From: Octopus sinensis
Taxonomy: Eukaryota
Assembly (NCBI RefSeq): GCF_006345805.1
Contig: NC_042999.1
Location: 89,280,001-89,344,000 of the forward strand
Length of the DNA: 64,000 nt
Direction: 5' to 3'
A model generated the notes under the pieces. That model did not search any database. It had not been told where the DNA came from and worked only from the letters and a program-made list of their open reading frames with translations. Both the position numbers and the translations under genes were made by a program. Below are positions 25,935 to 38,682 of the stretch, in pieces (within the stretch, counting starts at the first letter, position 1; each line of letters begins with the position of its first letter).

Positions 25935-27560
25935 CTCCAGCTTCAAAGGTCAGAGGCAATCCGGAAAAAGGAGAGTTGTTTTACGCATACATACGCAACC
26001 AGTCAGATCATTAAAGTAAAGAAAATTAACGCACTCTCAAAGGTTAGACCTCGCCAAACACTACTCAAGTGTGCCCCACCATTAATCCATAGTGTATTGA
26101 AGTGCTTCGAACTTCCTGCAGCTGTGGTTAAGCTCGTGGTGAGATTAATAAGGAAATTTCACCACCAAATAGCAGAGATTCGAAAAGAGCACTATACTAT
26201 ACATGTACTGTAGCTGTAACTCGTGCGTAGCTGTCATGTTCCTTGTAACAGAAGTGGGATGAAAGTCATTGCCTGAAAAGCTGGTATCAATACTATGTAT
26301 CCAGTCTATATAGCCTTCGTGGATGACATAACACTTCTAATATTATCAATCCAAGGAGCATGGTAAACCCTGAGTTTACTGAAGTAGATGGCTGCATGAT
26401 CACGCACAAATTCAAATCAGGAAAATCTCGGAGCTTCAGTATCCTGAATGGAAAGCAAATAAAGGACATCTTCAGTATTCAGAGGTCTGAGATTCCAGTA
26501 ATTCGGGGAAAAGGAATCTGATGCCTTGGGAAGAATTATGGAGGACAAAGACAACGGTTAAGATACTTGTTGCCCAACTAAATAACTGGCTCATGGTTGT
26601 TGACAATAGCCAGCTACTCGGAAGATGTAAAGTGTATTGCTTACATTACACTTTCATGCTCATAGTATAGTAATCATTCTTGCTATATGACTTTCCTATG
26701 ACTCTCCATGGAGAGGACGTGCAGTAAACTCGTGCGAAGATGGCAGAGTGTTCTCCTAACCTCCGGCTCTTTCAAATAGCAAGACCTCCAAGCTCCACTT
26801 GCCAATTCATCGGTAAGAGCATTGACGGAAAAGTCGGACATAAGATGACCTTAAAAGGCGGCAGGAATTGGAAGTTCCAGGAAGTTATGAAGGAAAGTAC
26901 TCGAAGTACTTGAGTTTATTGGTTGGCAATCGGTCAATACGGATAGGTCTTGAGAAGTACAGCACCAAGAAACAGAGCAATTCCAAAGCGAGGAGCAAGA
27001 GAGGGCTCAGAGTGCCGAGTTTCCAAGTTGCGACAGGAGAAGATGGCTGTGTTAAAGTGGTAGAACTTTCCTACCAGAGACAGTGATTTTAGTGGACTTA
27101 AACACTTATACAATCATTGCCCTAGAGGGATCTCTGGAATACTGAAGAGAGAAAAATGATCACCTTCATGCGTACTGCAGGTAACTCAGAATAACGTTAA
27201 AATCTGCGGCAAAGTAAATTCATACTGTTAGCTGCGTGGAGAAACTGTTTGTACTTATAGCACTAGGAATATATTGATCAAATGGAGATAGGATAAGTTC
27301 CTTAAGGACCTGCAGAGATTTAATGGCGGCAAGCAACATACATCATTGCCCAAAGGCATCAGATTACAATGGGAATGTGATAAGGCATCTGAGACAAAAG
27401 CATATGTGATGGACCTGTTTTCTATTTTGCATCAAACCTTTAAATGAGACATGCAAGTGGGGCATTTGCCATTTTAATGACAATAAATATATTTCTAGAA
27501 ATTAAAGACCTGTTCTCAGGAATCTGAAAAAGTTAAGTTTGCCTGAAGATCTAATGGTCC
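25935..27560 (+). pseudogene. Hero-clade RLE non-LTR retrotransposon fossil (RT, zinc-finger region, endonuclease)
   Basis: LDLAKHYSSVPH, IAFVDDITLL, HKFKSGKSRSFSILNGK, EIPVIRGKGI.CLGK, DNSQLLGRCKVYCLHY, MERTCSKLVRRW, DLWN, WR.DKFL, LRP; collinear with Hero ORF motifs as I recall them; many stops. Confidence 0.75.
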
Positions 27561-28083
27561 CTATATACCGATGAGTATACCGATGAGGTACTGTTTTCAT
27601 GTGCCATGCCTACTGGTATCGGCAAACATGGACATCATTGCCGAATTCTAAACATTCACAATTTGTTTTTTAATTTCCCGTTGCATTCTACCGGTTTATT
27701 TACAATTCACTCAGCTAGTTTTCTTTCGTTCCTAGCTTATCCAGAAGGACTGGTTCATGAGACATCATAGCAAGGCCGCTTGCAGGCTGGTCTGTGGGAT
27801 ACAAGTCTTGAGGCCAGGGCTGAAGTTCTGTATGCTTTAGCCAGGCCTGGCACCTCCACCCCGTGGTAGAGAGGACTTGGAGGTAGTTGAGGCTTTGGGG
27901 TAACTTCATATACCTTCAAACTCCTGAATTGGAGTCTCAATAGATGCAAATTAATTATCAAAATTAACTGTTATTTATTAAATCTCAATAGTTTGCCTCA
28001 CGTAGGTAGGGGTGAAAGGAAGAGAGCTTTTTACTTTTACATATATCGCAGGATTATGATTATATTATGAAATTTATGCACAT

Positions 28084-28098
28084 ATGCACTCACACACA

Positions 28099-28189
<91 letters not shown>

Positions 28190-28240
28190 TATATATATAT
28201 ATTATATATATATATATATATATAATATATATATATATAT

Positions 28241-28289
<49 letters not shown>

Positions 28290-28322
28290 TCAGAGAGGGA
28301 GATTTCTATTTATTGTGTATAC

Positions 28323-28370
<48 letters not shown>
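28084..28370. repeat. Compound (TA)n/(GA)n microsatellite block
   Basis: Direct inspection; source of spurious IY-repeat ORFs. Confidence 0.95.
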
Positions 28371-28373
<3 letters not shown>

Positions 28374-28830
28374 ACCATCATCCATCTTTCTTTTCCTCGC
28401 GTGACCATCTTTCGTTTCTTGCACGGACGTTTAAAAGAACGGGCGTGTTTTTCTCTCTCTTCTGTCTTTTCTCTTTAAAAGTAAATATTCCCCCAGTGTT
28501 CACTATTTTCCTCTCGTCCTGGTCAAACGATCCTCCATGTTTCTTTTCGTTCGGTTTCCTTGTATGTCTCCGTCATTTTTTGTTCCCTGCTTTGACCCTC
28601 CATAAATCCTAAATTTTATTTTAGAATTTATGGCAGCAACTGTCTTTGAAGTCTCATATTGTCGTTAAATTCTCGAAATGAGGAGTAGATAGACAGCTGG
28701 CAGCTGATGAAGGGTCTTTTCTCTGTGTTTACTTGTCCTGTTTTCCAGTTTTCTCGTTGTTTACGTATTTCACTCGTTTTTCCCTCGTTTGTTTACGCAT
28801 TTTATGTTATTTGCACCGTTGGTGACGTTT
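28370..28830 (+). mobile_element. Diverged single copy of the repeat family forming the 43.8-45.9 kb tandem array (opposite orientation)
   Basis: TCGAAATGAGGAGTAGAT...CTGATGAAGGGTCTTTTCTCTGTGTTTACTTGTCCTG aligns with the array minus strand TCGAAACGTAGAGTAGAT...CTGAAGAAGGGGATTTTTCGTTGTGCTTATTGTCCTG. Confidence 0.65.
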
Positions 28831-29078
28831 TGTACCCATATATGCATGTATGTATGTATGTATGTATGTATGTATGTATGTATGTATATATATATATATA
28901 TATATATAATCACCTTATTTTCAAATGGTATGGATAATACCGTACTAAATTCTGGTGCCCCAACTTAAGTACCATATTCATCTGAATCCACATACACACA
29001 CACACACACATGTATATATATTATTTATTATTCATTATTATTTAATTGAACGTGATGCATCCATTTTCCCAGTAAGTT

Positions 29079-29111
<33 letters not shown>

Positions 29112-29899
29112 TTGTGTGTGTTTGTGTGTGTCCATGTGTGTGTATATACAGATATTATATATGCATTTACATTTATATATGCATACACGCACAAACACAC
29201 ACGCATACACACGCGCGCAAGCGCACGCACACGCACACACACATAATTACATTCGCTCCCCTTTATTAACACTTTCATTTTGTCTAATTTCCTTACAATC
29301 CAAATAAATATTTTGAAATACATTCTCCCTATTCATATTGCTAATAAGGTAATAATGTCTTGCAGCTTTCTAGATGTTTCCTAAAGAGGAAATCAAGATG
29401 AAATCAATAAGAAATATAATCCACAGAATTATTTAATTATAGATTTTTTTAATAACGTCGGCGACGAAAGAGTAGACATCTCATAAAAACTGAATTATTG
29501 CTGATAAATTAGAAAATCTCTCGCTCTAAAACCGAGCCATAATTCTCTTGGCTGATTATGTTGGGGTTATTATCGATAAGCTTCAGTAGATGGTGCTTTT
29601 GTCGCCAGCTAACCTCGCACATCCTAATCAAGAGATATTGCCAAACTCGTTGATCACGGTCTGGAAATGTTAGACTTCGAGGTTTCCTTTTCTATAACAT
29701 GCCAATTTCTATTCGGATATATAATTAAACCTCAACTTTCCTTTCCTATTTTTTAATCATTCCTTATTGATTGAGTTTTATTTTATTGACTTAAAGTGAT
29801 AATGATTTAGATAGATATTAAGTGGAGTCTAACCATAACCCTCTTTAAAAACGAGAGATAACACGCCAAGCAATGATGCAATCAGATATTTTACATCCA

Positions 29900-30136
29900 T
29901 TCATCGAGTTTGATGAATATGAGTGACATGCAGTTTAGCCTTCTGCAGACTTATAGCTGCAGAGTAAACGTAGGGTGGGACTATTCTAGGACGCAAAAAT
30001 TTCTGGTTAGAACACATTTCCAGTACTAGAGTGTTCAAATATAACAGAAGTTGTGAAAAGTGAGTTTTGGGAGTGTTTTGTTAGCAGTAGTGTGCAGCTT
30101 ATTAATTCACAGATTCAGAAGCTAATCTAGTAATTC

Positions 30137-30196
<60 letters not shown>

Positions 30197-31450
30197 AATA
30201 ATGCATATTTTTATAAGCATTTGCTGCATTATTTATCTATATATTAGTTGAAGTCCAGATAATGTTCGTAGCAACGGTGTGCTCTGTAGAAACTCAGCAA
30301 ATTATCTGGGTAGAAGAGTTTAATGTATTTATGTGAAAGCCGAATCTTTGGGATAAAGAAATGCAAGTTTGTGGAGTTCTGCTATGATGTATTCAGAAGT
30401 ACGTAGATAGTGTTGTTAGATTGTTTTTTGAATATGTGTATTAACTGTGTTTTAATTATTGCGAAAAAGGAAGGGTGTTATGTTCTCAATAGAAGATTTT
30501 TCTTCGAATTTTTTTTTACCATAGAAGTAGTGCAACTCTAGCGGGTGGTGTCAGGGTGGCATAGGGACGAGTTATGCACGATACATACAATATGTATCGG
30601 AGTACATATGGTAAAAGTAAATGGTCATTAATGTATAAAACGGTGTAGGAGTCATTATCAAATTCTGCAACATACGGAATTCATTGAATGTGGGTCGCGG
30701 TGACAAGGAAGATGTGAATCATGATGTGAGAAACAGCTGGAACATTTAGACTGGTAACTTTGCAAAAATGCTACCGTATCAGTCGAAGTCAAAGTCTTTG
30801 TTGTATCCAAAGAGGCAACATGAATTCGTTGATGCTTTAAGTGTAGTAGATTTGGCTCTATGTGCACTATACTGATGATTTTGAAGGGAAATAACAGTTG
30901 TTTACGACTTCAACATCTCTTTTCAGAAGTGTAAATATGTGACAGTATCGGATGTTTCTATGGGTTAGAGTCGATTCTTGTCGTGAGAGATAATAACAGA
31001 GGATAGAAGCTTGATTGGGAGAGGGTAATGGAAGGAACTGGAATCAAAAGATGAAGCATTGGAACTTTATATGCATGAACGATACTACGGAGCCATCTTG
31101 ACTTGGTTAAGGAATAATGGAGTGAAGTATTCTGTAAAAGTTTTGCAAAAACACCACCATTTACTTTCTTGATGCTCATTTAACAAACATTGCGATATAT
31201 AAACGTTAGTATTGCTCAGGCATTTCTTGCAAGTGTTGCAGGCAGAGTTCTTCATTAATTGCGTTTATTGTGTAGCTGAGTGTAAATGAATTTCGATCTG
31301 AGTTGGTTGGAGAGTTACCTCGAACACGCCTTTAAAAGATAGCAAGAGATGATATTCTTATTGCAAAGTTTAGATTTAAAGATTAGAGTATTTGGATAGT
31401 TAGTATGTCTGCCAAAGATACGGGGATGGGGGAAAATGCTAACCGGAACA
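29900..31450 (-). pseudogene. Old APE-type LINE (Jockey/I-like) RT fossil
   Basis: LLIPVPSITLSQSSFYPLLLSL resembles the VIPIPK..YRPISLL motif; HVASLDTTK resembles the LDxxKAFD motif; YILYV; heavily decayed. Confidence 0.5.
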
Positions 31451-31662
31451 GACACCATGGCAAATGTTTTGGCCTCTACGCTCGTGAAGTCTGTATCCGA
31501 GATAAATTTTGCACACTGAAGTAACCGGAGATGATGATGTCAAACATTAGGGACTTGAGTTATTTGTCTTCTGCGTAAGGCAAGAAGCAGTCAAACACCT
31601 GATTATAAGGTGAACTGACTCAACCACAACGATTTAATTTGTTGTTATTGATGTTGAAATTA

Positions 31663-31693
<31 letters not shown>

Positions 31694-32387
31694 TGCTGTT
31701 TTTGTTTTTGCTGATGTCAATGACGATGGACATGATGATAGCCGTGCTGATGTACTTGGTGTATTTCATTAATATTTCTAAAATTGTCAATGCTTTTGAT
31801 ACTGTATTTTATTTTGTGTAAACATAGCAATACCGATTCCTTCTTCCTCCTCTCCCACCTCCTCCTCCGCCTCCTCCTCCTCCAACCTCTCCTGCATCCG
31901 CACTCACACCTTCCTCACCAACCACTATTTAAAGAAATGCAAATTTCATGTTTGAAATATGGCGGACGCACAAAAAGACAATATAGAGAAATAACAACAT
32001 CAAGGAAATAACTAAAACTGTGATTATAAAAAAAAGACGACGACGACGATGACAACAACAACAACAACAACAACAACAACGATGACGTGGATGACGAGGG
32101 GGGAAAAATACGGAGCAAAAGAAGTAAGAATAATATTAGTAATAAGTCAACAGAACTAATAAATATCGAATCACATGGCCACCGGTAGCTGAGCATTATG
32201 TAGTACCAGGAGACGACTAGCGATCTACAGACAGTATGTCTGTGAATACACGCCAACATATCTGTCAAGCATATGAGTTTGTTATAGGTTACTGTCTAGA
32301 CGGTGCCAGAGGTTTGGCCGCCACCTTATGGTTTTGTAAATTTTCCATCATCTAGTCTATGTGAATTGTACAAAGTTAGTTGTTCAA

Positions 32388-32425
<38 letters not shown>

Positions 32426-32456
32426 GTGTGTGTCTGTATATGTATGTATATATATG

Positions 32457-32492
<36 letters not shown>

Positions 32493-32608
32493 TGTATGTA
32501 TGTATGTATGTATGTACACACGAAATACGCCACCCCATTGCTTCAAACGTTGGGTAGTGCATTACTTGTTAGTCGCGCTGAATTTTTCATTGCTTTATTC
32601 TGCTCTAC

Positions 32609-32646
<38 letters not shown>

Positions 32647-33091
32647 CATGTGTGTGTGAGTGCGTGTGTTTGTGTGTGCGCGCGCGGTATGCATATTATC
32701 TGTGTATTTATGTGTGTGCGTGTGTGTATACATTTGTATATATTTATGTATTTGTACGTACATACATAGATATGTGCGTTTGCGTGTGTGTGTGTGTGTG
32801 TGCAAGCATGCTTGTTTATAAACACACTCAAACACAACCAAAACGTTTATACATACATATATGTGTGTGTATGTGTGTGTTTGTATCAGTGACTGAGTGT
32901 GTGTATGAGCTTATGTGTGTGTGTGTGTGTGTGTGTGTGTTTGTGCGTGTCTGCCTGCATGCGCGGCTGTAAGCGTAATATGAAAAGCAAGTAGTAGTTG
33001 TAAATAATTCAAAGACACGCAAACATACACGCATGCTCACACACACGCTCGTGCGCACATACACACATACAAGCGTATCTATATTTATATC

Positions 33092-33146
<55 letters not shown>

Positions 33147-33189
33147 CTCTTTCTCTCTCTCTCTCCTCTCTCTCTCTAATATATTATAT

Positions 33190-33222
<33 letters not shown>

Positions 33223-33380
33223 ATATATATATATATATAAATATCAAGATTAATCAGCCGAAATTGCGAGGATGATATGGTTCTCGACTGAAGATTGAAG
33301 GCTTCGAATATCCCGTCCGTGTTTTTTGTATCGTCTTCTAAATGTTTTGCATTCTTGTCCCAGTTTGTATTTTTTTACAT

Positions 33381-33458
<78 letters not shown>

Positions 33459-33462
<4 letters not shown>

Positions 33463-33909
33463 AGTGAATACGATGACATATTAAAATCACTTAATTCCAC
33501 TATCAGAATATGAGTACCTTTCATACAGCGTTGTTGTTCTCATGAATAGAAACAAGAAAATAAATAACAATATACGTAGAAAAACACACATGCCATGCCC
33601 GATACCCCATCATCCAAATTATCGATAGATATTTCTTGCAGATGCAGACAGATTCAACGCGAACCGGGTGCTTATAAATATTCTAATTATATGACCAATA
33701 TCCACAGATAAGTATGTAAACAAGCACACATATGTATGTATACATGGGAGGAGGCTTCCTGAACATGAAACCAATGGTAGCCTTGATGCTCAAATAAAGA
33801 ATCTTTATCCAACAATGTGTATTTGAACACTCATTCTCATTGTTCGTTTAGATATTTACGTGTATATCTACTATCTATCTATCACTCTATCTATCTGTCT
33901 ATCTCTCTG

Positions 33910-33995
<86 letters not shown>

Positions 33996-34443
33996 AGTGA
34001 ATACGATGACATATTAAAATCACTTAATTCCACTATCAGAATATGAGTACCTTTCATACAGCGTTGTTGTTCTCATGAATAGAAACAAGAAAATAAATAA
34101 CAAATATACGTAGAAAAACACACATGCCATGCCCGATACCCCATCATCCAAATTATCGATAGATATTTCTTGCAGATGCAGACAGATTCAACGCGAACCG
34201 GGTGCTTATAAATATTCTAATTATATGACCAATATCCAACAGATAAGTATGTAAACAAGCACACATATGTATGTATACATGGGAGGAGGCTTCCTGAACA
34301 TGAAACCAATGGTAGCCTTGATGCTCAAATAAGAATCTTTATCCAACAATGTGTATTTGAACACTCATTCTCATTGTTCGTTTAGATATTTACGTGTATA
34401 TCTACTATCTATCTATCACTCTATCTATCTGTCTATCTCTCTG

Positions 34444-34498
<55 letters not shown>
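33459..34498. repeat. Tandem duplication of a ~533-bp unit bounded by (TA)n
   Basis: Copies start at 33459 and 33992 and differ by 1-bp indels and TA-run length. Confidence 0.95.
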
Positions 34499-34502
<4 letters not shown>

Positions 34503-35079
34503 CTGTTCTTTTTCTCGCCCCTCCTTAATTCTTCTGTCTCTCTGCTTCTACTTCTCTCTCTTCTCTTCCCATATGACTGCCTGCCGGTCATCCTAGCTTC
34601 TTTTTCTTGGTATGACCGCCATCCATGCAACATCGATATTCTTCTCAGTGTCTGTGAAATCTGTGTATCTCTACCGTAAGGCTTCATTTCCACACGCGCC
34701 AGCTTAATTCAATTCGTCCTTAGTTGAAAGACACCTGTTGTTATGTCCTGTTATTATTTTTATTGTATTATTTTTATTGTATTTATATTTGTGTAACTTT
34801 GTCCGTTTTTTCCGTCCTTGATTTTGCATACATTCACTGCTTTCTTCCAAGGAATCTAATGCTCTTACCTTAGTTTTCCCTTCGGGCTGGCCAGATTGGA
34901 GCAATCCCAAGAATAATCAGCCTAAATTGCGAGGATAATCTGGTGCTTGACTGAGGGTAGAGGGCTGCGAATGACCTGTCCTTGTTTTCTTTGTATCGTC
35001 TATCTGGATGTTTTGTTATCCCTTTTTGTATCACCTAGCTGTCCTGATATTTTGCGTTCTTTTCCCATTTTGTATTATT

Positions 35080-35110
<31 letters not shown>

Positions 35111-35569
35111 TTGTGTGTGTGTTTGTATATATGTATGTATATATACATATAATTATTACGCAAAGTAATTACTCAAATGTAGAAGTGTGCGTATTTTATA
35201 AAGGTTAAAATACCTGCTGTGTTTAGTATTAGTCAACTGTGGCTCAAATTTTATACGCTACCCCATCCAGAAATATCTGGCCTTCGTCTAATCGAACTGG
35301 GTGTGTATGAGTGAAGCATGGAACTTTATATTGAGCCAAGACATTGGATTACATGTTGCTCCTTCCATGTTGCACTTCTATACTATAATACATATATATA
35401 TATATATGTGTGTGTGTGTCCCGTGTGTGTGTGTGCGCGCGCACGTATGCGTAATGACACATTCAGCAGGGAAAGCAGACCAACAACAAAGTAATTACCA
35501 GGAGTTTGGCTGTCCCTTAAGTATAATATCTCTTAATTTTGTGAATTTTATCTTCCTAGAATAGCAAAA

Positions 35570-36300
35570 TACTCATGTATATTTAAATGGTAAACTTCTG
35601 GAAAGATTTACAGATTTTTAAAGTTCCAGTGATGGATTGAATCTGTAGTCTTCGAATTAGCTTTCTCCTTTCTGGTTTTGAGAAGCCTAATTTCTCAAGA
35701 TTCGGATTTAGGCAGTGTGTTACATATCCCATTTCCCTAATAATTACATGTATAAACCTGAGCTTGTAATCTGGATAGAGTAAGTGCAGATTTCTCAATA
35801 GTGCAGCATAGGCGTTCTTTTTTTCACTGATTTTCAGTTTTATATTAACATCCGCTGGGCAGCTAATTCCCACAACTGTACCCAGTTACTCTGCTCAAAC
35901 CCAAATCATTATATCGGGTCTGTTGTACTTACATTTTATTTAGGTCTTCACTGGTACATTCCACCAGTATTCCTTTTTATTATGAGTGGCTCTGGCTTCT
36001 ACCATATTGTGGGTTCTTATTTCTTTGTTTTCGGGATTATCCTTCCGACGGATTTCATTATAGAGGGTCCGAGCTATAACGTCATGTCTTATCAGTAGAT
36101 AATACTGTGATGACATTTTCGGGCAACTCCTTATGATATGGGGAATATCTTCAGTGTGTACTCCTCAAAGTCAGCATCGGTTGTCACACTTTACGGCTTT
36201 ATCTGCATCTCCATCCCTTTTATGAATCAGGTACTTGGTATTTCTTGTTCCTGGATTACAAAGGCATACTCTCAAAGTGGGAGGTAGCAATATATATACA
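35570..36300 (-). pseudogene. 5'-truncated R4/Dong-type RLE LINE (zinc finger plus endonuclease, 3' end)
   Basis: YAFVIQEQEI, HIIRSCPKMSSQYYLLIRHDVI (CCHC region), ISCPADVNIKLKISEKKNAYAALLRNLHLLYPDYKLRFIHVII. Confidence 0.85.
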
Positions 36301-36320
36301 AGGATCAAAAAAGTTTGATT

Positions 36321-36375
36321 CAAATTCATTGGTACTCTTGAGTTTCAAGCATGGTGCTAGTCGCCAACCATTTTG
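36321..36375 (-). ncRNA. Degenerate type-I hammerhead at the 3' end of the Penelope-like element
   Basis: CAAA-ATGG-TTGG-CGACTA-GCA-CCA-TGC-TT-GAAA-CTC-AA-GAG-TA-CCAA-TGAA-TTTG: stems I (with internal loop), II and III all pair; GAAA and GUA are intact; the CUGANGA half is mutated. Confidence 0.55.
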
Positions 36376-36947
36376 AAATTGAATGACAGAAGTTGATTGC
36401 TATTATCTTTAAAGTGGGTTGCGATTGGTTGAGAAAGGTCATGCGGTGTCGTGGTTTGATGTTGGTATATGAGTAACAGTTAGTTGGAAAATACAGCATG
36501 GTGAACAGAAAATAGACCACGTGGCGATTAGGAAATCGGTCAACTTGTTGGGGGAAGTAAGAAGGGGTGGAATGTGCAAGTATATAGTTCTATATGTGGA
36601 TGTGGAAACGCCTTGATATGGTTTTGTGTACATGTGCGTGTTGATGCAATCGTGCGCACTTGTACATGGGAGCGCACGCGCATGTCTGTACACACACAAA
36701 CACACATACATACGCTTCACACACACACACATACGCTTTACACACACACACACACATACGTACGCTTGGACAAACATGCACGCGCGCACACGCACACATA
36801 CACGCGCATACACACACATGCACACACATACTCGCATACACACACATGCGTATTCATTCATATGTACATATGTATATTTTCATGCATGTATGCATGCATA
36901 CCAGGGTGCATTCGCGCGTGTGTGTGTGAGTATACAAACGCAATAAA

Positions 36948-37033
36948 GCGTTGGGGATTGGTAAGCGTTGGGAATAGGTATGCGTTGAGAATTAGTATGC
37001 TTTGGAGGGTTGGTAAAAGTTGGGGATTGGTAA
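36948..37033. repeat. 17-18-bp G-rich minisatellite (GCGTTGGGGATTGGTAA-like, 5 units)
   Basis: Direct inspection; lies in the 3' region of the Penelope element. Confidence 0.8.
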
Positions 37034-37134
37034 TTGGCGGTCCTGCTCATAGGGTTGGTTGGTAGCGGTGACCTTGGTGCAGGCGGGGTAGAGCAGCAGC
37101 TGGTGCTAAGGTGGTATATCCGAATTGTCGGCAG

Positions 37135-38345
37135 TCAGAGGCTTGAAATTTTCCAGAACGGCATACCACTAGTGAGAGCAAAACGATAAATCTTTTTTCT
37201 TGTTGATGGATACAGCGGGTTTTTGGAGATATGCAGTTTTTCGCGGAGGCAGAGCTGGCAGTTGGAGGTGCCGGATGAATATGATGGTGCTCTGTCTACA
37301 ATAGTCCACTTGATCCTGGATATTTCACCTCGGAAATCACGGAGTCTCCAGACAAAGCGAAACAGGGAACTAGAATTCTTTCTGTCCTTGGATCTAAACG
37401 AGTGCATATACTGGGAGTATTTTTTCTTGAAGTTATTAGTTGTCATACCTGTATATTGCCTAGTAATGCCATCGGATGGTGAAAAGATGGCTCTGTATAC
37501 TACGGCCCTTGATAGGCAAGATCCTTCTAGAGGGTACATGGTGGGGTTTCGGAAGTTGCAAGTTGGGATTGGGGGAAGTGTGGGTGCATTTGTACGTCTG
37601 TTGATGCGTGCGATATTAGATGCGATGTTGTCTACGCAAGAGTATCTTATCTTGACATTATGAGGGTTGAAGAGTTTGTGATACTGATGGCCTCTAGGGG
37701 AAGTGTTTCTTAATTAGCGACAGGAATCCCCTAGCAAAATTGATGGAAACTTCTGGGTTGAAATGGTGGGGTATACCATATAATTTTCCTTCTTCTGTCT
37801 CTTTGGGGTGAGGAGAGGGTGTTTGAGGTTTGTCCACATACGTGAGCTTCCCAGTAGACCCGCTCCTAGCCAAAGCAACGTTGTAGTGGGGGGCAACCCT
37901 GCTAAAGATCTCTCTTTTGGCCGAGAGATTAGATAGTCGTTTACTAATGCCGGGAGCCAGGCTTTTAATTACAGCGTGGGGTGGATTGAGCCCTTGTGGA
38001 TGTATAGTGTATCCTTGTTAGGTTTCCTGTACGGATAATACTTGCCTGTACTAAGGTCTAAGGTTACGTCCAAGAAATTGAACATAGTCAGGTTGGTGGT
38101 AACCGTTATGGACAGGCCGAAGGATTTTTATCAAATCCTTCCTGAACTTGTCCATGGTGTGGGCGTTCATATAGCTTGAGAGAACCAGGCCGTCGTCCCT
38201 ATAGAGGTAGGTACGTCTCTTCAGGATATCTAAGATGTATAACCAGACAAGATAGGCGATTTCAGTGCCGTCAAAGCTCCCTACAGAGACGTCGAACAAT
38301 GGGTCACCTTCTTTTTTCACCCAGAAGGAATCGTTATGGGCCAGA
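37135..38345 (-). mobile_element. Penelope-like element, 5'-truncated (RT C-terminal half plus GIY-YIG endonuclease; Hydra-clade-like)
   Basis: WVKKEGDPLFDVSVGSFDG, LYRDDGL, NFLDVTLDLSTGKYYPYRKPN, RRKIIWYTPPF, KHFP, LFNPHNVKIRYSC, CNFRNPTMYPLEGSCL..VVYRA, QYTGMT, CQLCLREK; several frameshifts. Confidence 0.9.
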
Positions 38346-38450
38346 ATTGACTTGGGGTCGATTTGTTCGACTAATATCCCTTAAAGTGGTGCTCTAACAT
38401 GACCACAGTCAAATAGCTGAAACAAAAGACTGTCCTTACAGTTTCGGGCA
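38346..38450 (+). mobile_element. 3' fragment of OK-like SINE
   Basis: GGGGTCGATTTGTTCGACTAA...GGTGCTCTAACATGACCACAGTCAAATAGCTGAAAC matches 48720-48780. Confidence 0.7.
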
Positions 38451-38469
38451 GTTACACTTGAGCATATAT

Positions 38470-38581
38470 CTTTATGTATGCATACATATATACACATGCA
38501 TACATATACATACATATACACGAACATACTATATATATATATACATACATATATTATATACATATATACATATATACATAC

Positions 38582-38629
<48 letters not shown>

Positions 38630-38651
38630 ATATACTATATATATATATATC

Positions 38652-38682
<31 letters not shown>

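Noticed and set aside
33281-33320. CTGAAGA...CGAAT hammerhead-like string in family A (also 3455-3480, 13585-13610, 34947-34975)
   Set aside because: GAAT rather than GAAA in all four copies, A9 is not conserved, and no stem I or II can be formed.
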